A stretch of 63,943 nucleotides of DNA, filler included, from Reticulomyxa filosa (taxonomy: Eukaryota > Protista > Foraminifera): assembly GCA_000512085.1 (NCBI GenBank). It is 18 parts of 18 records of this genome, joined end to end, with 100 filler letters (N's around TTAATTAATTAA, not from the genome) between each part and the next. Parts side by side here need not be neighbours in the genome. Positions count along the whole stretch, not along the records: positions 1 to 3,799 come from ASPP01000179.1; positions 3,900 to 13,556 come from ASPP01007654.1; 16 more parts are not named here. One strand, written 5' to 3'. A model generated the notes under the pieces. The model saw nothing but the letters and a program-made list of their open reading frames with translations, did not search any database and was not told the DNA's origin. Of the stretch, positions 1 to 13,527 are shown in pieces (the first letter of the stretch is position 1; every line of letters starts with the position of its first letter). The position numbers were made by a program, and so were the translations under genes.

Positions 1-78
1 CATTTTAAATATCAAAATTTTGAAATGCCAATAAAAAATATCAACAATAAAAAAAATTAGCAAAAAAAAAAAAATTTC

Positions 79-210
79 ATATTTAAAAACTACAAGATTA
101 GTAGATATTTTTTTAAAAATTAGGTTTAAATCTTTATTTTTCATGGAGAAAATCAATTCTCTTCATATAGTGCCATTTAGGTATGTCAGTTTTTTTTGCA
201 ATTTACTGTA
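79..210. mobile_element. Right arm of a MITE-like element (left part lies outside the window)
   Basis: ATATTTAAAAACTACAAGATTAGTAG...CATGGAGAAAATCAAT...TTTAGGTATGTCAG...TTTACTG|TA aligns with the right arms at 41691-41811 and 48531-48663. Confidence 0.7.
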
Positions 211-704
211 TTGATGTGGCTACACGTGATCAAATTGTACTTCGTAACTAACAGATAACAAAGCAATATGTAAGAATGTGCAAAAAAATACATATAAGAT
301 TATTCTTATTGCAATGCGACACATACTTCACGCCAACGAAAGAATGTCGTAGCTGTTGTTTGTTTTGTATCGATAGTGAATTGTTACAAAGTTGCGAACA
401 TATGTATTTTTTGACTAAGTTTCCAAAAAAAATTTTTTTGTCAAATGAAAGAAATAATATTTTGTCTACAAATAATTCTTTCTATTTTTAAAAAAAAGAA
501 ATTAGTCAAATCCACAAATGACTAAACTACTGTCAAAATACCCAACAAAGCACCGAACAAATCCACTCAAAGCTAATTGCAATTTTTTGTTTATTTTGTC
601 TAATCATTTAAAGAAGTTTGTTTTGCTGCGAATAATATTTTCAAGAATGAACATCATTGAGAAAAATACGTATATTTTTTACAAGCAAATAGTAATAACA
701 AAAA

Positions 705-3700
705 TCAAAATGTTCCACCACGTTGTTTTACAAGCAATTTTTGTTGTGATGTTACGCCCTCTGTATCTTTCCAAATGCTACTTTTCATTGACAAACCACG
801 TTGATTGCCAACTTTCCAAATATAATCTACTGAGTTCCTTTCAGTTACGTCAATAATTTTACCATTATCACTACCCCATAATCGAATTGTTTTATCAAGT
901 GAGCATGAAACCAATTTTGAACCATCAGGTGATATACTAATGCTGCGAATAATTCCATTATGTCCTTCCAATAATTGGATTTGCTTTCCTGAAGATACAT
1001 CCCATATTCGAATAGTCTTGTCTCCCGAACGCGAAAAAATTTTAGAACCATCTGATGATAATTGTACTTCGAATACCCGATCTGAATGTCCTTCTAATAT
1101 TTGAACCTGCTTCCCAGTTAATATATCCCAAATTCGAATTGTATTATCTGCTGAGCAAGATACGATTTTAGTACTATCTGGAAAAAATTGTGCGTCTAGT
1201 ATAAAATGCTGATGTCCTTTTAGCAATAAAATTTGATCTCTAGATGATGTGTTCCATATTCGAATTGTTTTATCACCTGAACATGATATAATTTTAGTAC
1301 CATCTGGAGAAAAGGATGCACCATACACAACACCTGTATGCCCTTCTAATAAAAGTTGGTCTCCAGATGATACATCCCATACTCGAATTGTTTTATCATT
1401 TGAATACGATACAATTTTGGATTCATCCGGCGAAATTTTTACTCTATTTACATTATCAGAATGTCCTTGCAATAATTGAATCTGTCTGCCTGATGATATA
1501 TCCCATATTCGAATTGTTTTATCCTTTGAGCATGATACAAGCCTGGAATTATCTGAAAAAAATTGTATACAATTCACCGCATTAGAATGTCCTTTTAATA
1601 GTTGAATCTGTTTCCCTGATAGTGCATCCCATACCCGAATCGTGTTATCACCTGAACATGATATGATTTTGGAACCATCTAATGAAAATAACACGCCATA
1701 CACAATATTTGAATGACCTTCAAACACTTGAGTTTGTCTTCCTGATTGTACATCCCATAATCGAATAGTTTTATCCATAGAACATGAGACAATTTTGGAA
1801 CCATCAGGAGAAAATTTTACGTCCGACATGATACCTAAATCTCCTCCTGTTAACTGTATTTTTTTTTCTAAAGCTATATCCCATACACGAATAGTGCTGT
1901 CAGCTGAGCATGATAAAATTTTGTGCTCATTCGAAAAAAATTCCACACCAGTTATTACACTTGAATGTCCTTCTAATACTTGAATTTGTTTTCCAGATGA
2001 CACGTCCCATAGTCGGATTGTATTATCACCCGAACCGGATACAATTTTAGAACTATCAGATGAATATCGTGCTATTATTACCCAGTGTATATGCCCTTCT
2101 AACACTTGAAGTTGTTTTCCAGACAACAGATCCCATAATCGAATGGTAGCATCATTTGAATATGATAATAGTTTTGAATCATCTGGTGAAAATTGAATTC
2201 CATTTATCTTCGCAGTATGTCCTTCTAATATTTGAATTTTTTGACCTGATGCTACATCCCATATTCGAATAGTTTTATCATTTGAATATGATATAATATT
2301 TAATCCATTGGATGTAAAGTGTACTCCAGCAACATCATCTAAATGTCCTTCTAATAATTGAAGCTGTGTTCCAGATGATATATCCCATATCCGTATGCTT
2401 TTATCTTTTGAGCATGATACAATTTTGGAATAATCTGGTGAAAATTGCACTGTATTCACAGAATCTGAATGTCCTTCTAATAACTTAACTTGTTCTCCAG
2501 ATGACACATCCCATATCCTAATAGTTTTGTCATCTGAACTTGACACAATCTTAGAACAATCTAATGAAAATTGCACAGCACTTACAGCTGACGAATGCCC
2601 TTCTAAAATTTGAATTTGTTGACCTGATAATACATCCCATATTCTAATAGTTTTATCTCGTGAGCATGACACAATTTTAGATCCGTCATGTGAAAACTGT
2701 ACTCCACATATGTTATCTGAATGTCCTTTCAATATACAAAGTTGATTACTTGACGCTATGTCCCATATTCGAATAGTTTTGTCATACGAATATGATACTG
2801 CTTTAGTTCTATCTGGTGAAAATTGAATTCCCCATACTATATCTGAATGTCCTTCTAAATATGCATATTCTCCAAAGTAAATATCGTTCATTGATGCATT
2901 TGTGAAATTGACTTTGGTTAAACAAGTTTGATAAAAATGCACATGATCTAAATTTGCATTACTAAAATCGGTTCCTTCAAGGAAAGCATGATCCAAAATT
3001 GCATAAGGTATTTTTACATTGCTCCAATTTTGATAATCCATGTCGATGTTAGCCGAATTGAGTATTGTAATTGCATTTGCTGCTGCAATACTAACATTTT
3101 CGTTATTTTTTGACGATTCAATAATTCGAAATAATCTTGATTTTAAATTTACAAATATTGGACTATTGTCATGAATTCTTTCAGCAATAAATTGGATAAT
3201 CCCTAATTCTTCATTTAATAGCTTACGATTAATAAATAATTTTTGAACATGTGTTTCAAATTCTTGTTGAAATTGTTGATTATTTAGATCAACAACATTG
3301 GGTTTCCATGATATGATATCAAATATAATTTTTTGTGCAGCATAATATTCTTGACATGATTTATGTACAAATTGATATTTATGATCACCAACTCTTCTTA
3401 ATACATACTTTGTAATACTGTCACCATTGAAATAGTTTTCCCATATGTCCAGTGATTTTGTAACTGATGTTTTAGTATCATTTATTTTTGTTGTTTTTGA
3501 TACATTTTTAGTCACATTGCCACTACTAACATATTTTTTCCAAAAAGTTTGTGTTTTTGAAACAAAAGTGTCACTTTCATTCATTTTTAATTCTGTTTTT
3601 TCATTTTCATTTTTAGTCTCTATATCCATTGTTGGATCCAATTGACTCCAAATGTTATCAATTTCATATTCTTCACAATCATTTTCTGTTGCAACTTGAT

Positions 3701-3799
3701 TTCCTTGAAAAAACATTTCAAATCCTAGATTTTGACAATATTGTTGAAATGCTAATTTGATTTTTTTGGGATTTGATTGAATTCTTAATTCTGATAATT
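705..3799 (-). CDS. NLR-like (STAND/NACHT-associated) pentapeptide + WD40 repeat protein, 5'-truncated
   Basis: 1003-aa uninterrupted ORF whose frame stays open to the contig edge. YQFVHKSCQEYYAA resembles the NACHT winged-helix motif. AAANAITIL is followed by pentapeptide repeats (AILDH/AFLEG/TDFSN/ANLDH) and 16 GH...WD repeats. The P-loop is not in the contig. Confidence 0.85.
875..2862 (-). repeat. Tandem ~126-bp WD40-coding repeat array (16 units)
   Basis: Recurring TCCCATATTCGAATAGTTTTATC and TGTCCTTCTAA motifs on the + strand at ~126-bp spacing. Confidence 0.9.
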
Positions 3800-3899
3800 N
3801 NNNNNNNNNNNNNNNNNNNNNNNNNNNNNNNNNNNNNNNNNNNTTAATTAATTAANNNNNNNNNNNNNNNNNNNNNNNNNNNNNNNNNNNNNNNNNNNN
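3800..3899. other. Artificial contig linker (first of 17)
   Basis: N44-TTAATTAATTAA-N44, with stops in all six frames. Also at 13557, 19646, 20772, 25837, 27542, 30054, 32056, 34842, 38890, 44469, 45826, 47439, 50014, 52570, 60640 and 62766 (each 100 bp). Confidence 0.99.
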
Positions 3900-4058
3900 T
3901 TTTTTTAGTAAATAAAAAAAAAAAAAAGGGGTACACTAAAAAAAAAAAAAAGTTATGTACACACACAAAATGAAAAACGTGGGAAAATATAACCGTACGT
4001 ATCCACGTAGAAGCAAACGTCACCCATTCAACTAGGCATAAGTGCGGACGAAGACAAA

Positions 4059-4410
4059 ATGGCAAATAAGGCGGCAGGCAGCTTGAGCATCGACTCGATC
4101 CCGTTTGGCAGTGAGAGTATATCTCCCATCAACGAGTCGGTGCTGATAAGCAGCGAAGATGGTACCATCGACAACTTTTTGAGAGAGCAGACCGTGCACA
4201 TGTGTCGCCACTTGGAGAACGAGCTGCAAAAAGCGGTGGTCGAAAAAGAGCAGCGCGAATCCGCATTGGAGGCAACCTTGCAGTCGGATGAATGGAATGG
4301 CAACGTAAAAGCACAAAACAAGAGAGACAAATCAATCGAAAACGCGTCCAAAAAAAATTTGAAAAACAATAACAATAACAATAATAATAGCAATAATGAT
4401 AACAATAATA

Positions 4411-4443
<33 letters not shown>

Positions 4444-5276
4444 ATAATAATAATAACAATAATATTAATAATAATAACAATAGCAATAATAACAATAATA
4501 ACAATAATAATAATAATAATAATAATAATTCAAATGAATTAAAACAAACGCAAAATCAAAATGCAAAAAGTTTAGAAAAAACAAAACCACAAGACGGAAG
4601 CGCGATATTGATGCCTGGAGGAGGAGGGAGAGGAAGAGCAAGAGCAAGTGCAAAGATGGGACCGGAAAGTGCGATAAAGAGTGAGTTGGACAAGATTGAG
4701 AGCAAAGAAGGATTGGTGAATCAGCTGCAAGCGTCGAGTCAAAAAGTGGCGAGCAAGTTGGCGTCTCACGAGGAGAGGATCGCACGTCTGCGCAAGGAGT
4801 TGATGGAGAACGCGTTGCAGTACCGCGAGGACAAGCAGTTGTGGAAGAAGTATGCAGTGTTGGACTTGCAAGAGCTGTGTGAGTTGTACTACAAGGCCAA
4901 GATGAAGTACTACCATTCGGCGATCGAGATCGAGATTCAGTACAAAGAGACGTGTCAAGTGAAGCACGATTCGTTGAGTGTGGCGTTGGCAAGTATGTCG
5001 TCGCACCACGTGTCCAAGTGGTCGATCGAAGAGGTACGTAGTCACGTATTGGCCGCCATGGAAATGGCATATAGCATCCGTCTGCCTCGAGCCGTGGTGG
5101 AGAAGCAAGAGGACCTGAAGAGCGTGCAGCTCGTCTGTGACGAGTATGCTCGCGAGTATATCGAGTCCAAGCAGAAACGTGGTGCTACACAGGTGGACAT
5201 TATTCATCGAGGAGTGGAGGTCACCAAATATTTAAACGATATTCTTGTGATTAAAAAGCAATTTGATGTTAGTGTC

Positions 5277-5310
<34 letters not shown>

Positions 5311-5795
5311 CTCCTTTTAGAGGAAAACGTAGTGGCAGTAATAGTCAGGATCGCTTAGCCAAAATGGACGAATTCGTCCATGTCGTTTTGGACGAAAAAA
5401 AACGTCGCCAAATGCAATGCTTTTTGCTAGATGAACGTGTGAAAGAGGGAATCATGTGCAAAAAGTTTGCTGACAAACTCACCAAAAATATGAAGAATGT
5501 AACGCTGGAAGAAATTTGCGAGTTTGTGGAAGGCCTGATTGCACACTTTTCCAATGAGTCGTTCCACATTTCCAAAGTCTTTGCCGGCAAAAATCTTTCA
5601 GATGTTCAGTCTCTTGTCAAAGTCCTCATCTATTCTTGCGTCTTCACTTACATCCCCGCTATTCGGGACGCACTCCAAATCTGTCTCCATGGCGAACGTG
5701 GAAAGCAGGAATATAAGCAGCTCAAAAAAGTCAAAAACTATACCTATTTCCTTACCAAAGTTGACAAGTGTATCGGTGCTGCTCCTGTTCATTGA
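4059..5795 (+). CDS. Hypothetical protein with poly-Asn, coiled-coil and poly-Ser segments
   Basis: 578-aa ORF with coding-like GC3; (AAT/AAC)n tract at 4365-4530. No family recognised. Confidence 0.7.
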
Positions 5796-5802
5796 ACAAC
5801 TT

Positions 5803-5835
<33 letters not shown>

Positions 5836-6494
5836 GCTTTTTCTAATATGTATATCAAGTGAGGGGAGGGAAGGGGGAGGGAGGGGGGGGGTGTATGTTT
5901 GTATGTGTCTCTTCAGCTGTCGTGTTGAACACTCTTTTTAATCTTTTTCTCTTTATTCGTTATTTTGAATTTTTTTTTTCCTTTTGTCATAATCTCCTCC
6001 TTTTGCTGTTTTTTCTCTTTTTGTAAATGCTTATATCTTGTGATATACTCCTGGGGACGCCCCTATTACAATCGTGCCAAAACTTGTTAGCTTTGGATGT
6101 TTTTTCATCACCCTTGTGCTTTATTTCCTACGCAAACAACTTGACATGGTCACATTTCTTCCTAAATCAGTTCTGGTATATACTACGTGCATACTCTTTG
6201 GGCAAATTTTACTTGAGCAAACTTGGTGGCATCCAGTTTGTGACACATTCCAAAGTTTTATGGAAAATATCAACTATTGATCCTAATCGCAAAGACCTTA
6301 GGTTGCGGTGGAACAGGTATGTCACGTACTAAGTCACCTGCAAACAGCCTAATTTTATGATATTGAAATTAAAAACAAGGAGAACTTTTTCAGCCTCCAT
6401 TGTTTATCTTATCACTCCTTTAGTGATATATATCTTTAGTTTACTAAAGAGTCTTAGCATCAAACATTCTTTTTTGTAATTATTTTTGTCAACG

Positions 6495-8150
6495 ATGCGA
6501 ATATCGAATTCGTTCCTTGTATGGGTGGGTATTGCTTTTTGGGCGTGTTGGTGGTAATTTGCTCGCGTTTTTGGGTCGAAGTTGGACGTCAACAAGTGAC
6601 AATCCGTGGATATTGTAGAGAAAAGTATAAGTTTTACTATTTCAATGAAAGTATGTTCGCTGATGGCGAGGCCTGCTACAATGATTTGGCGTGTAATGCC
6701 GACCCAGATTGTTCGTTGAGTTGGGGTTTTGACTCGGAGAAGAGTTATGAAGGAGGAAAAAAAAACAAAACTGTGTTTGTTTTAAAGGTGGATTTCTACA
6801 CTAGAGCGAGAGATACTTGAAAATTTTTTTTTGGTGATTGGCTTGATAAAGATTTTTTTAAAAAAAATCCAGATCATTGAAAAAATAGCCAAACAAAACA
6901 AAACAAAAATAGTGGGAAATTGTCCAGGACAGTGCGATGCTTCGTATTGTTCTTGTGCTGAAAGAAACTTACGTTGTCTTATATGTCACGTATGCAGTAA
7001 TATTTAGCTTGGTAATGGTTATCGAATTCTCTTTTTGCTGCATTGTGGTATGTATGTGGCGGTTTTGGGGGATTAGACTCCGCACAACATTGATCATACA
7101 GTGTGAGAATGTTTCACACAGCGACGGTAAGGAAAAAAAAAAGTGGTTCATTTTTTTTTGGCCTGCGCAGGAGGATCACAAAAAAAGAAGGAAGAGGAAT
7201 TTTTTTAAAAATGTGCACGTACACACGCAGATTGTCTCTGTTGCGACTCGAAATATGGCATTCCTTTTTTATAAAATATTTAATCCAAGTTTGTGTAATT
7301 TTTTTTTTTTGGGATGTATACGTTATGTTGTAACTTTTTTTTTGTAAAAAAAAAAAAAAAGAGCGATGCGCAGAAGCAGAAGTGGCCAATGAAAATGGAA
7401 GGTTACCAACACTGTCAGCCCTGAAACTTATTCGACCCTTCTTCCGTGAAATCGTACTTTCCATTTGATGACACATTATCTATGTACCGTGGCGTATTTT
7501 AATGGATGGTATGCGACTTTCCTTATCACCGCCGTTTCTCGTATCGTTCTTATGTGTCTCAGAGCAAATATTAAAACTGTTCTGATTTTATCGGTTCCAT
7601 CTCAACAAGGTATCTTTTTTTTTTTTAAACCTTTCTACAACAGGATTTGAATACGTATAGATTATATACGTATCCTATCGATAAGATTTGCTACTCATAA
7701 ATATCCACTGTTGTTGTTTTTTTGGACGGAAATAAAAAAATTGCTGAGTGATTGGACCAGGTGGTGTCGTGTTGCAGGTGCAGCAGCTACCATACGCGCA
7801 AATGCCACTACCCAATCAACCTGTCCTATTCTATATCCAAGGCCATGTTTCTCCGAGCTTTGTGCAGCCACAATTCCAAGACGTTCAAAAACTACAATTC
7901 ATTCAACGACCGATGCAACACCAATTACCACAAACAGTTTGATTTCAAAGAGATTTTTCTTCTTCTCATCAACTCCACTACATTACAAATATGTGTACAT
8001 GTATATCTACTCGATTTGTGCTTGTTTCAAAAAAAGACCATACAACATCAACCAATCAACACAAACAACGAAAGCCAACAACAACCTCATGACAACGACA
8101 GCTATTTATCTATTTTTACAAAATAATTACAGGAATGCAATGCAGATGTT
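6495..8150 (+). CDS. Multi-pass membrane protein with Cys-rich loop and Q-rich tail, paralogue A (multi-exon, frameshifted)
   Basis: Exons align with the 8615 gene: CNADPDC vs CNSDPEC, ANENGRL vs ANDHGRL, YFNGWY vs FFNGWL, YIQGHVSP vs HYRGSVPP. Apparent 1-nt losses in T runs near 6540 and 7464. Confidence 0.6.
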
Positions 8151-8614
8151 GCAAAAGATTTTTTTTCTCCAACTTTCCCAATTGTTACAAAAAAAAGTTT
8201 TTTGTATAAGGAAATTATTCTTTTTTTTTTCTCAAATTTATACAATTTATTGATTTCATCGGTACACTTTTGCATGCCAGCAAAGGGGTGTCATCAAAAT
8301 AGTAATGACCGAATGATGTAAGGCAATATCTTAAGTGACACGCTTTTCTCAATCAATCTCTTTTTTTTATAGCTAAACCTTTTGAGTTAAATTTGGAAGC
8401 AATACTGGTTATACGATCAAAAATGATCATTATTTTGAATACTGCAAAATTAATAAAATAAAACGTTTGATCCATTTGTATTTTCACTTGGAATATTAAA
8501 CTCGTTTCTTGCATATCATGTAGTGAAAAACAAAAAAAATGCTTCAATACAAAAAAAAACCTTGGTTGTTTTTCTTTAGTTTGTTTTGTTACTTTTGAAA
8601 TAAAAAACCAAGCA

Positions 8615-10750
8615 ATGTTTTTTAAACAATCAACAATGAAGTCCAGTTTGTTTCTTTTGTATGGAACTGCGTTTTTGGACGCATGTATACTTATTTCCGC
8701 AAGCGTCTGGGTTTATGTTGGTTACCACAAGTTGATGGCAGTACAAAACCATTGCAAAAATGACTATCAATATTGGAATTCATATGATAGCCCGTCTTTA
8801 GTTTATACGCAATCTTGCGTGTCTATAGACTCATGTAACAGTGACCCCGAGTGTAAGATGGGCAGTTATTCCCAAAGTTACGTAAACAAACAAAAATAAG
8901 AGCTCGTGTTTGGGCTAAACTGTACATGCGCAAAAAGAAAAAAAATCCCCTTTGAATACAAAAGAAAAAAATTTCTCAAAGCAAATGTAGTATTCTTTGG
9001 GGTGTTTATTAATGTCTAATCCTTGTTCCAACATACACAAACAAAACACAACATAACAACAAAAGCATCCTATTGTTTCGGGGATTGTTCTTACTATCAG
9101 TGTACCTGTGAAGCCGTCAACAAGACTACGTATATCCACTTGGTTAGCGCGTACATAGCGCTATTTTGCGTTGCGGTGATCCTCGACGTGATAAAAGCCC
9201 TCATTGTGGTTTGTGTGGTTCAAAATATTGTTTTATGTAATTTTAAAAAAATTGATTGTTTACTTTAATTTGAAATTTTAAGGAAGAAAGGGGGGTGGGG
9301 GGTGGGTGGAGCAAAATGAACATACTGTTGTGGGTCCCCCTGTTATCAACAACATTGTGGTCTTAAAAAAAAAACACTTTTTTTATTTGTTTATTTATTA
9401 ATTTTGTTGTGCTTGTTTGTTATGCACAGATCGCCTCGGTGATAAAAGGCCAATGTTGGTGTTGTGAATGCCGTGGTAACTGTTGTCTTCCAAGCACGAA
9501 CTGTTACGTTTATTGTTGCGACTCGAAATCGGACCCTGTTGAAAGATCGTGCATTCATCATGTCTCGGACTCATGGCTTTTTTTCTTTTTGAAAATTGCT
9601 AATTCAAGTTTGTACATACATATGTACCGGTCACTTTTTTCCTTTTCATACAGGTTCCTCATCCCTCCCCCTCTTGATGAGCTTTTTTTTTTTTTTTTTA
9701 AAGAACGCTTCAAAGAAGCGGTAACAGCCAATGATCATGGAAGATTGACGGTGATTTCATGGATAAAGACCTTTCAATTTCTATTCCGTGATCTGCTTTT
9801 GGCTATTATGATGATTTTGTTTATCATTTTCGTGGATTTTTTTAACGGTTGGTTGGTATGTTATATCACCGTCGTCGTTTTACGTTGGATTCTTATGTGG
9901 AGAAGATCACGGATTATTAAATCCGCTGATGTGCAACAACCACGTAAGTATAACTTTTTTTTTTTTTTACGTGAACAAAACTAATAGGGACCAAAGAAAA
10001 AAAGAAAAGTGTTCAATTGCGTTTAATGTTACACATATATACGTAATTTAATACGTATCGCAATGTCAATGCTTCTTTTTGGGGGAACTGTTGTGTGATT
10101 TGATAGAAAATGTCGCTTTAGAAGCTAAGCCTCAAACGTTGGTTTCAATGGAACAACAACAGCGGCAACAGCAACAGCAGCAACAGCAACAGCAGCAACA
10201 ACAGCTGCAACAACAACAGCTGCAACAACAACAACTTCATATACATCCTGATAATCAAAGTGTTGTCGTTCTTCATTATCGAGGCTCAGTCCCACCAAGG
10301 GTTGTTTTACACCAGGAACCACAACCGAGCCAGCAACCTGATAAACAACCACAATCTGTTCAACAAACACAATATGCGCAACAGTTGCAGTATGTCCAAC
10401 CACAGTACATCCAACAACCGCAATTCGTTCAACAGCTTCAGTACACTCAACCTCAATTTATTCAACAACCGCAACTTATTCAGCAATCACAGCCGACTGT
10501 TCAACAGCCACAAGTCATTCAGCAATTACAAGAACAGCCACAAGTTGTTCAGCAATTACAAGAACAGCCACAAAAACAAACAGAAGAACCACTACAAACA
10601 CCATCTCAACCCCAACAACAGGTCTTTTTTTCTTTCGTCTTGACGCTCATTTTATTAACCTTTTTTTTAATGCATGTTTTTTCAAAAAAAGGACGAGCAA
10701 TCGGAAGAACCTGAATTACCACCCGATAGTCGAGAAGGAAGATGATCATG
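8615..10750 (+). CDS. Multi-pass membrane protein with Cys-rich loop and long Q/P-rich tail, paralogue B (multi-exon)
   Basis: ORFs 8615, 9023, 9409 and 10079 are separated by GT-AG introns. Hydrophobic helices, a CWCCECRGNCC cluster, poly-Q and QQPQ repeats. Confidence 0.7.
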
Positions 10751-12451
10751 ATGTTGCTTTTCTTTTTTTTTCCTTCAATGACCTTGAATTTGTAAAATTG
10801 TGGATTTCTTTTTGGTCAAGTTGCTTTTTATATCTTTTTTCAAAATCTTTTTTTATTTCACTTCTAAGAGTTTATTGACTTAGAAGGAAATTATATTATC
10901 TTTTTTATATTGATAAATTGGCCTTATTTTTCAACAATAAACAGAAATCAAAAATGAAAAAAATTTCAATTTTTTATTCCTTGGTTTCTAGTTTTTTGAA
11001 AGTACAATAATCACAAGAGAATTAACAGCATAACTTCAATAATAATGTCAACGAGGCCGTTTGCACACAACGCCAAAACTTAGTACATGTTGTTGATAGC
11101 ATGATTATTTCATAATAAAAACATAAAAATAAAATTTCTCCAGAAAACACGTGGAAACTCCCCAAATTTTTGCGTTGAAATTGTTTCACTTCCAAAAGTT
11201 GGAAAACAAGAGATATGTAAGCTTAAAGTACGATAATGATAATAAATTATAACAAGCAATGCTGAAAGTGTTTTCCAACTGGTGGAAAGCTATTTGTAAA
11301 AATAATTTCAGTCCTAATATCAGTCGTGGTCAGATCGTTGTGAGATTATAAAATATGTGCTACTATACAAAAAAATCAGTTCATTACTGCGTTTATGAAT
11401 ACAATCGCCAAGCTGGAACAAATCTTCGGCAAAGTCATCACAATCCAGGCAAAAAAAAAACTAACAAAATCTACTTCTTAAAATAGCCAAAACTATGCAA
11501 CAGTCGGTTTTCGATATAACTCAGTGTCATGTGGTGAGACTACTTACGTCACAATGGAGTCATACTGACTCCAAATATATAAAGTTGTTTCTTTTTAATT
11601 TAAGTTTCAAAAACGCATTCTTACTTTTCTTAAAACGTGCTTTTCCGCTCCAGATTCTCTACAGTCACATCAATATTTTTTCACCGGAATTTCACCCACG
11701 AGCTCTTGGATCATCCCCCCATCGTCCCAGGATGGTTTGGTTTTTAAAATTTTTTTCTTCCCTTTTTTTTTTTTGAAGTCATTTGTTTTCAGTTTGTTTA
11801 TTGTTTGTTTTGATTTTTATTGTTTTTTGTTTTTTATTTTAAGTGAACTTTTTAACCATCAGTAAATTGCAACATTTTAATATATTACTTTTCAAATTTT
11901 GTTTTAAGTATAGTTTATTTGTGCTTTTTTTTAGCACGTGCACTATCATGTTTGTGCATTATTTGCTAAATTTTTTTGAGCGTTACCACTTTCGTCTTCT
12001 TGAAAAAGTTATTTCCATTGTTGTCGACGCTACTTTCGTTAGTAGTTATAAATTTGATAATTTTTTTTTTGGTTTGAGTTGGGGTGTAGTGTCTGGGACA
12101 CTTAGTCATACTTTAGTCTCTGGTTCAATACTACAAGTTATATTCTTTAAAGTTGAGAAATTTACCATTTTTGAAAAGTTGGAGAATGTGAAAATTCTTA
12201 TATAAGAGCAATGTAATTGTCTGCTTTAACTTTGATTCATTTTCTAAATTCATGCATTTGACTTTTTAAATATTTCTATTGTTGCAAAGGGGATTATCGA
12301 AATGACATCAAGAAAAGTACGATATGAAAAAGAAAAAAGATCAACATTAAAGGTCTAGTGATCCACAAATAATATACGTTGCAAAAATTAGAAAGAAAGT
12401 GATGCCAGGCTAAAAATATACTTAAGTATAAAAGAATGGAGCCAGATGGTG

Positions 12452-13527
12452 TTACGATGCGCCATGTTCACCAAGTTCATGTTCACTGGTATGACTATTG
12501 CTACAGCCAGCTTCCGTCTTATTAGTGTCCTTGGAAGTTTGAATAAATTCGTGATTGTAATCGTTGATATCTGGTTCATGCATCAAAGAGGTTTCCGAGT
12601 TTTTGACACTTAAGTTGTGGTTGTCACTTTCTTGCTTAGTCGGCCCATGTGATGACCCAAGAGATTTGCTGTTCGAATCCAAGTGACTCTCCTTCTTATC
12701 TTGTTTATCGACATGAGATACTTGGCTATTCTTTGTCGAACTCGTATTTGTAGCACTTGCATCAAAGGGATTTTTTTTAACTTGTTTTTGTTTCTTACGA
12801 AAAGAAGGTGGAATGTATTCCTCTGACAATTGATCCGGTAGTGTTTTACCATGTTTGATTTCTTCCAATAAATACATACATAAGGCAAATTCTTCCGAGT
12901 TCTAATCAAGTGTGTTTATACGTATATATGTATACACATATATAAATTTTTTTTTTTTTTTTTTTTAATCATAATAAAAATGTAAGCAAATAAATATTTA
13001 ACCATAAATCCATCTTTGTCCAAATCTGCCAGACTCCAAACTTTTCCTAGGATGTGATTATCAAGCCCCGTTTGCTGCATGATTTTTTTGACTTGTGAGC
13101 CCGAGGCCTTTCCTTGCACAGTTTCCAACGCAAAAAACTTTTCATCGTAGATTCCCTTTTGCTGTTGGGACACAATCCAACGCATTCCAATGTTGTTAAT
13201 GTCGAAGGCGTCTGCATCTTCGTCGTTTTCATTGATCGAGCTGAACGGATTCCAATTCCTCTTGCCCACCTCATCATTGGAAGAAGAAGTGAAGTCTTCT
13301 TTCAACTCCACTTTTTCCAGCAATTGCGGAATCCCTTGCTCCAGCATTTCATCGATCGCAGTGATTTGCCGTGGTTTCAAGCGTGGAAATTTCCATATTT
13401 CCCAATTTTTTATTATCGCTGCAAATTTTTGGGGGTTGGGAAAATCACCAAATGGAACACCGTATTTCGTTGATACTTCCTGGAATATTCCTGCAATACC
13501 TATTATCAATTCTTCTTGTTTTTGCGC
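12452..13527 (-). CDS. EHD: EH-domain-containing (EHD/RME-1-like) protein, C-terminal part
   Basis: GVPFGDFP...KFPRLKPRQITAIDEML helical domain; EH domain W...YDEKF...LGKVWSLADLDKDG / EEFALCMYL...LPDQL...IPPS across an intron at ~12900-12980. 5'-truncated; 3' end uncertain. Confidence 0.88.

Noticed and set aside
875-2862. Periodic repeats resembling a CRISPR array
   Set aside because: The period is ~126 bp and in frame with WD40 units; there are no unique spacers and no cas genes.
4028-5207. Poly-Leu/Tyr/Ile/Val ORFs (also 10125, 18537, 19690, 33159, 33452, 33543, 60743)
   Set aside because: Antisense or off-frame shadows of trinucleotide and hexanucleotide repeats in real genes.
6027-6332. 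ORF or decayed gene between the 4059 gene and the membrane-protein pair
   Set aside because: No motif on either strand; the minus frame has several stops.
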